Positions 36,805-48,869 of a stretch of 64,000 nucleotides of DNA are shown here, piece by piece. The notes beneath the pieces were generated by a model. The model worked only from the letters and a program-made list of their open reading frames with translations. It was not told the DNA's origin and did not search any database. Position numbers and translations under genes: made by a program. This stretch comes from Octopus vulgaris. Its lineage: Eukaryota. Location: positions 21,514,001-21,578,000 of the forward strand of contig OX597829.1 of NCBI GenBank assembly GCA_951406725.2, in the 5' to 3' direction. Each line of letters opens with the position of its first letter. Position 1 is the first letter of the stretch.

Positions 36805-38598
36805 ATATATATGGAAAAAAAGTACCTGTCACCAACTAATATATATATATACAACTGAAAAATAGAATAAAATCTTTATAAGAATTTATCAAGTAGTAAG
36901 CGTGAAAAACCTCATAAGGGGAAAATCCATCAATTATTCCTCTTAAATGTATTTACTTATATTAAGGACATTACTATACATAAATACCTCACACTAAGAG
37001 GGACTCTTAAAGTCAAAACTACCATAATAAATAGACACATTGTACCAAACTCGAGGGAATGCAACATTCGAAGCGAACATTTCAAAAACAGAATTCAGCT
37101 GCATATCATATGATTTCATAATTAGTACACAAAATCCACTTTTTAATCTTCAGTGCAAGCATATATATATACACACATATTTATATATTTGACATGCTTC
37201 TTTCAGTTTCAAAACTACTTATAAAGACTTCATCAGGCTTGGGAGTTCTGGGGGCTGAAACCACTACCATATGGCAGGAGAGCAAACTTCTTAAGCACAC
37301 AGCCATAGCTACTCTGTCTGTCTGTCTGTATGTATGTCTGTATGTATGCATGCATGTATATATACTACACTCCAAGAGTGAAGTATATATATATATATAG
37401 TTGAAATTTACAGAAAAACAAAAGACGAAGACAGGTGTATAAACAACAAGCAAGTATATTAGTTTGAGGCCTGGAAAGGTGTGAAAGTCATTTAAGTTTT
37501 GTGCCTACGCTCTTTAACAGAAAGGAACATGAGGAAATAAACAGAGAGAGAGAATGAAAAATACTTGTGGATTTAGCAGTCAATCATGGCGACTGGTTGA
37601 TAAAAGGTAGTTGGACAGGAAAGCTAGGAAAAAGGGGAGATAATAAAGTACTAGTGATCCAAAAATGAAGGTATGCATGCATGTATGTATGTGAGAGTAA
37701 GTGTGTTTGTGTGTGGATAGGGGCTAGTGACTTTGACATGTGGATGTGTGCATAAGTGTATGTCTGTAATGTGTAGGTGTGTATATGCATATGTGGGTGC
37801 TGGGAAGTGTTCAGTGCTAGTGTGTGTGGAGTGGTGTAATGTGGTATAGTGGTGTGGGGATGTGAGGGTGGGGTGTGGAGGTAGGGGTGAGGTATGTGGG
37901 AGTAAGATGTGTGGGTATGGGTGGAAGGGTATCAATGAAGGGAGAAGGTGGGTAGGAGTGAAGAGAGGATGTAGGTGTCAGGGCAAGAGATGAGAGGAGA
38001 GGTGGGTAGGAATGAAGAGAGGAAGTATGTGTCAGATGAAGAGAGAAGGGGAGTCAGATGAAGAGGGGAGGGGAGTTGAACCCATGTGGCGCAGAGGAGC
38101 AAAGAGAGAAAATTAATTCCTGTTCTCTCTCTATATATATATGTGTGTGTGTCCGTGCATTCACACGTGTATATGTATATATATATATATTTCTTTATTG
38201 CCCACAAGGGGCTAAACATAGAGGGGACAAACAAAGACAGACAAAGGGATTAAATCAACTACATCGACCCCAGTGCGTAAATGGTACTTTATTTATTGAC
38301 CCCGAAAGGATGAAAGGCAAAGTCGACCTCGGCAGAATTTGAACTCAGAACGTAACGGCAGACGAAATACACTTTCATATATTTAAAATTCTATAAAAAG
38401 TGTAAATACTGGAAGTAATGAGTTTTTGTTCATAAATTTATAATTTTTGAATTATCAAAGAATGAACTATTGTTTTAATTAGATAAAAAAAAATATATAT
38501 ATATATGGCAAGGTTTATACTCTGAAAACTCATCATGTTACAAATTTAAAGAACTGAAGTTGTAGGAAAAAAAAAAGTATGAAAACGGTGCAACATAC

Positions 38599-38714
38599 CT
38601 GAGGATTTTTTAGGAATGGTTCAAGAGTTTCTTCCACTTCTTTCAGTTTATTCTTTAAGCGTAAATATTCTTTGAGAATCGCAGGATCAATACATTGAGA
38701 GAAGAACTTCAGTA
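38599..38714 (-). CDS. GLE1: GLE1 coding exon (VLKFFSQCIDPAILKEY...FLKNPQ)
   Basis: tttttag acceptor, CAG|gtatgt donor, 116 nt, phase 1 to 0; start of the conserved helical domain. Confidence 0.9.
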
Positions 38715-39123
38715 CTAAAAAGAGAAAAATTATTATATATATATATATTATATATATATATATATGATGATATATATATATATATATATATATGATGATA
38801 TATATATATATACACACTTACACCCACACACACATACGAGTATATACATAATAAGTAATAATCAATTATTACCTATATGCTTCATTACAAATCTTATAAA
38901 CCCATAATTTTATAATATAATATTTATTTATATGACGGTCATTTCATTGTTTACTTTGATATTGATAAATATGTTTGACACATCTCTAAATATATTTTGA
39001 CTTCACTTAGCCTTTACACACACACATTAATGTACATAAATATATACCGATCTAAGAATTTTTGTCCCTTCTTGGAGTAAAATAATACTAGTGATTTTTT
39101 ATATATTAAAAGACGAAAGACAA

Positions 39124-39126
<3 letters not shown>

Positions 39127-39216
<90 letters not shown>
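39127..39216. repeat. (GA)n microsatellite, (CU)n on the GLE1 pre-mRNA
   Basis: Read directly. Confidence 0.97.
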
Positions 39217-39220
<4 letters not shown>

Positions 39221-39239
39221 TTGCTATAGAATATCAGAC

Positions 39240-39288
39240 CTTTGGCCTTAGCACTTTCTTCTGAGTCTTGTGGTTTTACTGAAGGTTC
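39240..39288 (-). CDS. GLE1: GLE1 49-nt coding exon (EPSVKPQDSEESAKAK)
   Basis: ttttcttttcag acceptor, G|gtctga donor, phase 0 to 1; required to keep frame between neighbouring exons. Confidence 0.82.
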
Positions 39289-39541
39289 CTGAAAAGAAAA
39301 ATAGAAATACAACCCATAACCAACAATCAACAAAATAATTTTTGAAGTAGGTGAGAAAATAGATGTAGAAATTGCCAATATGACACTAATATGTGTGTGT
39401 GTGTGTGTGTTCAATTATAATAAAAACAATTTTACATTAGTTTGAAAGGTTACTCCATACTTTTGCAGGATACAAATTTATTATTTCGTTTTGGGATTTG
39501 GTTTACAAGATCCTTTATGTGAGTTTGTGTGTTGAAGCATA

Positions 39542-39660
39542 TTCTGTTGTGTCTGGGGAGAGTCACTCTCTTTTAGTGCCTTATAATTTAACACACTCAC
39601 CGGTAAAATTATAAGGCACTAAAAGAGAATGACTCCCCCCCCCCCCCAGACACAGCAGAA
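39542..39660. repeat. Foldback at the end of a dispersed repeat; unfolded copy at about 9715-9860 in opposite orientation
   Basis: TTCTGTTGTGTCTGGGGAGAGTCACTCTCTTTTAGTGCCTTATAATTT, ~17-nt loop, AAATTATAAGGCACTAAAAGAGAATGACTCCC...CAGACACAGCAGAA. Confidence 0.85.
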
Positions 39661-40069
39661 ATTTATTATTGTTAAACAAGAGTATTGTTAATATTATTGA
39701 CTGTGAACAACATTATTGTTCAGGAATAATAAATAAATAAATATGTGTGTGTGTGTGTGTGTGTATGTATACATAAAATAAAAACAAGATGAATAGTGTT
39801 TAAATTTACAACAATTGTTCTGTTAGGCTAATTTAAACAGTCAACTTGTGACTGACCAATATTCTGACAAGTGGAGTTTTACAGTTAAAGTATCAGTATA
39901 TAGAAATCCAACAAATAGATGTGTTTTGAGCTGGCAATCACTTGCAGTATAGATAAATGAGGTGAAGAAGATATAATTTGTAGTTCATATTATAAGATAA
40001 CAGAGAGAAGTTTAGAGAATGAAACTTAGGTTAATGCAGACAATTTGGTCAGTTTTGTATAATACTTAA

Positions 40070-40114
<45 letters not shown>

Positions 40115-40489
40115 CTGTGTGGTAAGAAGCTTGCTTCCCAGCCACACAGTTCTGGGCTCAGTCCCACCGCATGACACCTAGGGCAAGTGATTTTTACTGT
40201 AGCCTTGGGTCAACCAAAGCCTTGTAGAAGCCTGTCATATATATATAGTTAATCCAAACAAGAAAACACAAAAAAAACACAACAACGCGAGGACGTGGAA
40301 CAAATAAAGTATTATTGGACGCTCAGGAAACATAGGAGAAAGATCCCGAGAAGGGAAGACAGAGGAAAAAAATCGCCTCCCCCTGCCAACTGTTTGACAA
40401 CCGGTGTTGATGTGTTTACATCTCCTAACTTAGTGGTTTGGCAAAAGAGATTGATAGAAGAAGTACCAAGCTTAAAAAGAGGAAAACAG

Positions 40490-40940
40490 TCATGCCTGTT
40501 CAGCATCTCTACTAAAAATGATCGACTGGAAGATGGTAATACCAAACAATTTTATCTCTATAGATGATTTGTTTTTGCATAGTACACTATTCAAGGCTAT
40601 GAAAACAACTTTGAGTACCACTGTAAACAATCTAAGTTATTATCTATAAAGACAATGATCTAATTGTTATGGCAAATGAAAAACACAAGTTCCTGCATTG
40701 CATCTAAACAACAAGGAAACAAGTAACAAAAATGGAACATTGCCAGAATCTCAGATATCTTGGTATGCTACCAGACCATGGTCTGACATTCACTCTTACA
40801 TAATAGCATGCGAGCCAAAGTGAGTACAACGGAAAATATTATACAAAATTTAACGGATTCTCAGTGTGGATGCAAGTTCCCAAACAACTCAGAATGACAG
40901 AACTGGTCTTACACTTGTCAGCGGCAGAATATGTGTAGTC
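40490..40940 (+). mobile_element. Highly degenerate LINE RT/thumb fragment (I/Ingi-like)
   Basis: CLFSI, KTQVPALHLNNKE, RYLGMLPDHGLTF, LRMTELVLHLSAAEY. Confidence 0.6.
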
Positions 40941-41534
40941 ATTGCAGACAAGACCAGAGTTTCTCACAGAAGGGGCCCATATATAGATAATTGAAAACAA
41001 AGGGTTATGAAATTGTTAAACTTGATCAAAACCATGGCCAAAGAGCAAAGTTAAATGTTTGAAAAATCCATTTTTATTCTCATTAATAAAAGATGGTGGT
41101 GGTGGCGGGTGATGTAGGTAATTCATCATCATCATCATCATCGTCATCATCATTTAGCATCTGTTTTCGATGCTAGTATGAGTAAGATGATTTGACTGGA
41201 ACTGCACCAGTTAGTTTTGGATTGGTTCCTCCAGCTGGATGCCCTTTCCAATGCCAACCACTCTACAGAGTGTACTCGGTGCCTTTTACAGTCACTGGCA
41301 CTGACCATGACTATGATTTCATTTAGCTTGACATGTCTTCTTAAACGCAACAAATTGCCAAAAGTCTTGGTCACTGGCTCTGTGAGACTCAGCATCCAAA
41401 GATCATATTTCCTCACTTCATCCCGCATCTTCCCAGGTCTACTATTTTGTTTTTGTGGATGGAGGCAGTGGGGTCTTTAGTATTTGTCAGTTTGAAAACT
41501 GTTGGAATAGACCTTCACATACAAGATTGGATGG

Positions 41535-41746
41535 GGGGGTGGATGAAAAGTTCCTGGCTTTGGGTAAAAGAAAATACAGGAGGATCAGTTGATTATGATT
41601 TTATTCAATATATTCCTCTCCCAGATTCACACACTTACTGCAGCAGCCCTTCAGTTTTTCTAATTCCTGTAAAAGAACTTGGAAGGTTGGGTGTCCAACC
41701 AAGTCTTTTGCAATACCCATAAAGCCAGGAAATTTTCATCACCCCA
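41535..41746 (-). mobile_element. Mariner-derived MITE (about 210 bp)
   Basis: Inverted termini GGGGTGGATGAAAAGTTCCTGGCTTT / AAAGCCAGGAAATTTTCATCACCCC; internal minus-strand KLKGCCSKCVNLGEEYIE* resembles a mariner C-terminus. Confidence 0.75.
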
Positions 41747-41913
41747 CCTACCATATAAACAAGCGATCTCAGACCTGCAATACACAAGTAATCTAGACAA
41801 CTCACATGCACTGCCCCCATTTCTGTTTCTTCTATTCAATAATTTCAGAAAATACATAAATGATTATTTTCTTCCAGCCATTTTAAAATAAAAATGTTAT
41901 TATCAAACAGTTA

Positions 41914-42096
41914 TAGGTGTAGGAATGGCTGTGTGGTAAGTAGCTTGCTTACTAACCACATGGTTCTGGACGCAGTCCCACTGCATGACACCTTGGGCAA
42001 GTGTCTTCTACTATAAGCGTTGGGCTGACCAAAGCCTTGTGAGTGGATTTGGTAGACGGAAACTGAAAGAAGCCCGTCGTATGTATGTGTATATAT

Positions 42097-42154
<58 letters not shown>

Positions 42155-42375
42155 GTATGTATGTATGTGTGTATGTGTGTGTATATGTTTGTCGCCCCAA
42201 CAGCGCTTGACAACCGATGGTGGTGTGTTTACGTCCCCGTAACTTAGCAGTTCGGCAAAAGAGACCGTTAGAATAAGTACTAGGCTCACAAAGAATAAGT
42301 TCTGGGGTCGATTTGCTCGACTAAAGGTGGTGCTCCAGCATGGCCACAGTCAAATGACTGAAACAAGTAAAAGAG
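41914..42375 (+). mobile_element. tRNA-derived CORE-like SINE, family A, representative full copy. Other + copies: ~5310-5806, 10774-12415 (split), 14569-14973, 21335-21675, 23008-23945 (split), 30520-31230 (split), 32720-33105, 40112-40475, 52873-53274, 56130-56480, 57986-58348
   Basis: A box TGGCTGTGTGGT, B box GGTTCAGTCCC (family consensus), CORE-like CACCTTGGGCAAGTGTCTT, internal (TA/TG)n, tail GAAACAAGTAAAAGA. Confidence 0.9.
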
Positions 42376-42711
42376 TTGTCATGAGTGAAGAATGTGCAGA
42401 AAGTGGATCTCACAGACACCCCTATTATGAAAATGATAAATTTACTAAAAATATTGTATACACAGCCATTGTTTGATTGTCAAAATTACCTGTCTGTGGT
42501 ATATAATGTAAAAAAACTAATATGTAGTTTGATCTGGCATACAACAACAGGTCATGCACTGGTGCTAATAATATTTTACTTCTTGTCAAACACTGCTCTC
42601 CTGAACCACAATACCATTACCACTGCCGGTGCTAACAACAAAGGACTAAGTTAAATAATGAGATTATGATACATGAACTGCATAACAGAAATATCATAGG
42701 TATGTACTTAC

Positions 42712-42815
42712 TGTGGGAGGCACCTGTTCATTCGTTACTTTTTCAGGTGATACTGTCACTTGTTGTTGAGCTTTTAATGATTCTTCCTCCTCTTTTCCTT
42801 TTTGGTTTGCTGTTT
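42712..42815 (-). CDS. GLE1: GLE1 coding exon (ETANQKGKEEEES...EQVPPT)
   Basis: tttag acceptor, ACA|gtaagt donor, 104 nt, phase 1 to 0. Confidence 0.85.
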
Positions 42816-43084
42816 CTAAATAGATAAGAAATACTTTAAATCAGCTCACTGTCTACAATAGTTCTCAACAGGGGTTTATATGGCCCTAGCAGGCTCATAT
42901 AAGATATTATTGTTGAAATTTATGTGCAATAAACACCTGTTTCTGTCTTCATTCCTGATCTCTCTCTCTCTCTCTCCAGTTGGGTAAACTTGTACCTCTT
43001 CTACAGCAACATAATGCCAAAGGTCTTGGTCATTGCCTCTGTGAGGCCCAACGCTTGAAAGGTGTTCACCAGCATGGGTGCTCT

Positions 43085-43805
43085 TGGATTGACGGGTCCT
43101 CTCAAGCACAGCGCATTGCCAAAGGTCTTGGTCACTAGGCATTGCCTCTGTGAGATTCAAAGTTCGAAAATCATGCTTCACCACCTTGTTCCATGTCTTC
43201 CTGTGTCTACTTCTACCACAGGTTCCTTCCACAGTTAGAGATCAGCACTTCTTTAAACAGCTGTCTCTCTTGCACACCACATCTGATGCCTCTTATGCCT
43301 AACTTTGCTTTCAAGATGCTTACACTCTGTTCAACATGCACACTAACACTGCACATCCAGCGAAGTATACTGGCTTCATTTCTTTCAAGCCTGTGCATGT
43401 CCTTGGCTGTCACAGTCCATGTTTCACTGCCATGCAGCATATCTGTTAGCACACAAGCATCAAACAATCTGCCTTTCACTCTGAGAGAGAGGCTCTTTGT
43501 TGCCAGTAGGGGTAGGAGCTCTCTGAAATTTGCCCAACCTAATCTTATTCTCATAGTTACACTCTTGGAGCATTCACCTCCACTACTAACTTTTTTACCT
43601 AGATAACAGAAGCCATCTACTACCTCTAGCCTTTCCCAGCTGGCAGTTGATAGGATCTATTTTCTGCCCACTTTCAGTGTTTATTGTACCTGTGCGTCTG
43701 CCACACACAAAAGCTAGTTTCCCTGTTAACCTTCCTCTGATATTGTTGCACCTTTTATGTGTCCAAAGCTTACACTGGGTGCATCTTACAGAGTTTCTAT
43801 TGACG
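43085..43805 (-). mobile_element. RTE-clade LINE fragment
   Basis: NSVRCTQCKLWTHKRC, RIRLGWANFRELLPLL, LHGSETW, GRSRHRKTW; same family as 10938-12175. Confidence 0.9.
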
Positions 43806-43956
43806 CCTTTGTTTGTAAACAGGAAGGGTATCTGGCTGTAGAAAATTTGCTTCAACAAGTTTAGTATGACCCATGCCAGCATGGACAAGTGGACATTAAA
43901 ATGATGATGATGATATATGCATGATACAAGGTGAAGAGAAGAATAAAACTACTTAC

Positions 43957-44228
43957 CAACATTCAGTTTTACAATTTTGTTAACGTTTTGTAGTTCCTCA
44001 AATATGTTGGCTGCCTTAACAAAATCTTCGGCAGTAACATTTCCTGAGCTTTCTGCATGTGTAAGGAGATCGTTAGCCATTGTGTTCAGGTTGGTCACAG
44101 CAGTCTCATATTTGTCAATGTTTGCAAAATGTTTCTTGTACTGACATTCCTTTAACATTGATGAAAACACTTCGCTCTGTAATTGTGACTTTTGTAGCTC
44201 CTCTCTCAACTGTTCCAACTTTTGTTCT
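43957..44228 (-). CDS. GLE1: GLE1 coding exon (EQKLEQLREELQKSQ...NKIVKLNV)
   Basis: Overlaps ORF 43949..44218; taatag acceptor, G|gtaagt donor, 272 nt, phase 2 to 1. Confidence 0.88.
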
Positions 44229-45899
44229 CTATTAAAATAAAACAGTGGTGGTGGTGGTGGAAGGGAAGCAAATGTAAAAAAACTATAAGAGCAAAAGCAG
44301 ATGTATTTTTAAAGAAATTTAAGCATGTTTGACAGTAAATAATTTCTACAGACAGACTAAAGTTTTGAGTAAGTGAACTGACAGAATATTAAACAACCTG
44401 TGACAAGTTAGTAGTTTAGATTCAGTCAACAGTACAGCACTATGTCCATTTACCTATCAAATGGTATGGTCTGTCTAAATGTAAACACAGGCAAAGTACT
44501 GCAGACAAATTTTAAAGGGGTGGGGGAATATACCCTTTTATGTGATCTATTAATTTGTGAAGGTGCATGGATCAGTGGTTAAAGGCAGTTAGTTTAATTC
44601 CCAGACTGGGCTGCGTGTTGTGTTCTTGAGCAAGACACTTTATTTCATGTTGCTTCATTTCACACAGCTATAGAAATGAGTTGCAGTGTAACTGGTGCCA
44701 AGCTGCATCAACCTTTGCCTTTCCTTTGAATAACATCACGGGTGTGGCGGGATGGGGGTCATGCATGGGTGACTGCTTGTCTTCCATAAACAACCTTGCC
44801 CAGACTTGGTGCCTCAGAAGGGAACTTTCTGGGTGCAATCCCAGTCATTCATGACCAAAGGGGGTCTTTACCCTTTTACTCTTTAGTTTGTATTATGTTT
44901 ATGGGTTTGGCAGCGTTGTATTGGTCTCATCAACACAAGCCAACAGGGTGACAAATCAACCAACTGATTGACTTGACGGTGTGTCAAACAAACATAGACT
45001 AAGAGAAAAGTGAAAAAAGAAGATGACAATGATGAGGAGAAGGAGAGAGCGCGTTCATGTGAAGCATTAGACATCTTGTTTAATATGCTGATGCTGCATT
45101 AACAAACACCAACTATTCAAATTGTTTTCATTTAATCATGTAGTATTTTGTAGCTTCAAGATTTTGGTGGTGTAGTTATTTACTTACTTTTAGAATGACA
45201 TTGCAGGGTAGGTGTGATAATCCAAATCTAACCAGTCTGGACATAAAAAATGGCTAGAATATTTGGTTGGATATGACCAGATTAAATGCTAAAGGATTAA
45301 ATAATGATGATAACAATCATTATTTTTATCAATTTCCACTCTATACAATGGCTTTTGAAACTAATTGTCACTCCTAGGTTACTGTAACTTCTGGATATTT
45401 GTGTTGCTATTGTCATATGTGAAGGCACATGGCTCAGTGGTTAGAACGTCGAGCTTACGATCGTGAGGTTGTGAGTTCGAATCTAGGACCAGGCTGCATG
45501 TTGTGTTCTTGAGCAAGACACTTTATTTCACGTTGCTCCTGTTCACTCAGCTGTAGAAATGAGTTGCGATGTCACAGGTGCCAAGCTGTATCGGCCCTTG
45601 CCTTTCCCTTGGATAACACCAGTAGCGTGGAAAGGGGAGGCCTGTATGCATGGCCAACTGCTGGTCTTCCATAAACAATCTTGGCCAGACTTGTACCTGG
45701 GAGGGTAACTTTCTAGGTGCAATCCCACAGTCAGTCATGACCGAAGGGGGACTCAGTAACATTGTCATATAATGACCCTGGCACAAAATTATATTAATCA
45801 CACACAGGAAGTGTAGTGAAATCACTGATAATCGAACAGCAAAGACAGCCTTCATGTGTGGTAGGTGCACAGGAGCATTAAACATGCAGAAAACCCAGT

Positions 45900-46250
45900 T
45901 ACCTGGGTTCACAATCTTCCTCCTTCATTCTTCCAAATATATCCGCTCTCTCTATTGTTCTCTGAACACCTCAAATCACCAGCAACTCTTTGACTACATT
46001 TCCTCCTGTTTTGAGAATATAAATCTCACATTTCCCCTCTCTGAAGACATCATCCTTAGAAACTTCAATGCTCATAAATCTTCATGGCTCTCAAACTCAC
46101 ACCACATTCATGCAGCCAGTGCAGATGCTGAATCTTTCATTATTCCCAACTCTTTACACCAATTTGTTTCATCTCCTACTCATATTCCAAACCAACACAC
46201 AGACACACTAAATACTTTTGATCTCTTTCTCACCCCAAATCCTAGACTCA
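45900..46250 (+). mobile_element. LINE apurinic-type endonuclease fragment (CR1/Jockey group)
   Basis: SLYCS...LFDYIS...IILRNFNAH..W...LHQFVSSPTHIP...TFDLFLT corresponds to the GDFN, PT and LDL motifs of the APE domain. Confidence 0.8.
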
Positions 46251-46512
46251 ACAAAAGTCATAATTGTCTTTGTATCCTTCAGTTTTATCTTGACTATCAA
46301 ACACACAAAAATTGCATCAACATCAACAACAATTACAAAAAAATAAACAAAACAAAAAACAATGCTTTGATTGGCTTGATCTCATATTAAAACATAGTGG
46401 AAATATAAATACGGGGAAATCATTACATCTTGAAAGATTAGGCTAATTAATCAGGAAAATGATGACGAGAACAACTCAAGCAAACATTTAAATCACCATG
46501 AAATATTTTTAC

Positions 46513-46577
46513 CTGTCTTTCTGAGCAGCTTCTTCTTGTTGCTTTCTTTTGGTTTCCTGTAGCTTTTGAACAATATT
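46513..46577 (-). CDS. GLE1: GLE1 coding exon (NIVQKLQETKRKQQEEAAQKDR)
   Basis: ttttcag acceptor, AG|gtaaaa donor, 65 nt, phase 0 to 2, coiled-coil-like peptide. Confidence 0.85.
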
Positions 46578-46964
46578 CTGAAAAATAATTTTAAAGTTTC
46601 AAAATCACCCAGAATTAAATAATTAATTAATCATCCAAATTAAGCAAATCAGATTTGGAGTTTACATAGCAATTAGTCAGGCAATTTCACAATACTTTGT
46701 TAAAAACCTAATTAAAACTGAAAAGAAATTATGATGAAAGCTATGCCGTTCATGTAGAAAAGACAAGAAATACCAGACATCCTAGTTAAAATGAGGAGGG
46801 AAGTTCCAAGAGAGAATAAAAAAACAGAGGTAGAGAATAAACATTCACATAACATGAAAAAATAATAATTTAAATCTTCCTGAAATCACAGATTTTTTTT
46901 TTTTTTTTTTTTAAAGAAAGTTACAATAGAATCCCAGGAAACTATTGAGATACTTGGTGTTGTT

Positions 46965-47342
46965 TTAACCCTTTAGTTGCCTATATTTTGTCAAAATATA
47001 GTGCCTTTACTTTAATTAATTTTGAAAATAATGAAGAATTTAGTATAACTTTGTCTTGATTAAGCTGATGTTTGGAACATAAAATTAATGTGGAGTTCTG
47101 AAGGAAGGCTTTGATTAAGATCTCTCTAACCTTTTTATTGAAACACACTTCCTTTGTTTTAATTGATTTTGAAAATAATGAAGAACTAAGTAAGATATTC
47201 TTGTTGTTACTATGCTGGGGTTTGAAATACATACTAACATGAAATGTTAATGGAAAAGTTTTAACTTGGATTTCTTTACAACAAGAAGTTTGTATCACAG
47301 AATCAGGAAGAATCTCAGACAGGTTGGTATAAAAAGGGTTAA
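46965..47342. mobile_element. Second TTAA-flanked piggyBac-like MITE with internal tandem duplication; related copy at about 58643-58870
   Basis: TTAA-CCCTTT...AAAGGG-TTAA; TTTTGAAAATAATGAAGAA block occurs twice about 146 bp apart. Confidence 0.7.
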
Positions 47343-47752
47343 GGCATGGACATATCAGACAGCTGAGCATGTTACCCAGGGGTCAAGGGACCCAAGGCTA
47401 ATTTTTCTATGCTGTAATTTGCCAATAAATATTATATAGACTTATTGTCCAGTGGTTTAGAAGTTTAGAGAGTTGTGAAGGTAGTTCAGGATGTTCTGTA
47501 TTGCTAGACATCGAGCAAAAAATATTCACTAAATGAAATAAAATGAGATAAACTGGATACAAAGATGAGATGGTCATGACTGGATATCTCTATCACAGGC
47601 TCACTTCATGAGAGAAGAACTAGGGTTAAACAACATCTGCTAACTCAAAAACATTCAATCTATTGATTTATTGTATAGATTAAAGAAGTCCACTAATTGT
47701 ATGTATGTATGTATGTTTGTATGCAGGTGTATATATATTCACACACATGTAT

Positions 47753-47797
<45 letters not shown>

Positions 47798-47957
47798 TAG
47801 TACAAATTAAGATAGGGGTTAAGAGGGTAACCCACTATGGGATATCAGTTATCCAATATACTGCTGATATATATATAGTTAATCCAAACAAGAAAGCACA
47901 ACAACGTAAGGGCATGGAACAAATATAGTATTATTGGACGCTCAGGAAAGAAGGAGG

Positions 47958-47992
47958 GTTTAACGTTTCTAGCGGAGATCTTCGTCAGAAAC
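47958..47992 (-). ncRNA. Minimal type I hammerhead ribozyme motif within a short repeat (about 47870-48005)
   Basis: GTTT-CTGACGA-agatctccgcta-GAAA-C-GTT-AAAC: intact core, perfect 4-bp stem I, palindromic AACGTT stem III; stem II has mismatches. Confidence 0.65.
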
Positions 47993-48003
47993 ATAGGAGA
48001 AGG

Positions 48004-48065
<62 letters not shown>

Positions 48066-48099
48066 GCTGCACTGGCATAGGCCATGGTTACAGTCTCAC

Positions 48100-48362
48100 T
48101 TGGCTTGCTGGGTCTTCTCAAGCACAGTTTATCTCCAAAGGTCTCAGTCACTTGTCATTGCCCCCCGTGAGGCCCAACATCTGAAGGTCGTGCTTCACCA
48201 CCCTATCCCAGGTCTACCTCTTCCACTGGTTTTCTCTACTGTTAGAGTGTGACACTTTGTCACACAGCTGTCCTCATCCATACACAACACATGACCATAC
48301 CAGCACAGTCATCTCTCTTGCACACCACATCTGATGCTTCTTATGTCCCACTTTTCTCTCAG
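48100..48362 (-). mobile_element. RTE-clade LINE 3' fragment
   Basis: RCGVQER.LCWYGHV..MDEDSCV.KC and GRGRP peptides on minus strand. Confidence 0.75.
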
Positions 48363-48869
48363 AGCACTTTAGCTGGACCCATGAAAAATTCACAGAAAAT
48401 ATTAAAAAATGTAAGCATCTATAGTTTGTGTGCTGGTGCCATGAGAAATGTTTCTGTATTGTGGCAGTTAAAGGCGGCAAGCTGGCAGAATTGTTAGCAC
48501 ACCGGGCAAAATGCTTAATGGTATTTCGTCTGTTTTTACATTCTGAGTTCAAATTCTGCCAAGGTTGATGTTGCGTTTTATCCTTTCGGGGTCGATGAAT
48601 TAAGTACCAGTTGCATACTGGAGTCGATCTAATTGACTGGCCCTCTCCCAGCAAAAATTTCAGAACTTGTGCATATAGTAGAAAAGTATATTGCGACAGT
48701 TACAGAATATAGACAGAAGTGTAAAAGTGATAATTATATAATCCAACCAAAATATCTATATAAGCACCACGAAATTTGGAAACAGTAAAATCTATAATAT
48801 TATTCTGCTTGTTCCTACAAGACTGGCTGCTTTGTTCATGTGTTATGCTAAGGGAAGTAATAACTCAAG

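Noticed and set aside
41914-41990. tRNA genes at SINE heads (A and B boxes)
   Set aside because: No convincing cloverleaf and always continuous with the SINE body.
45854-46390. 178-aa ORF as an intact gene
   Set aside because: Fusion of a short RTE piece and a LINE endonuclease fragment with altered catalytic motif (RNFN for GDFN); antisense in a GLE1 intron.
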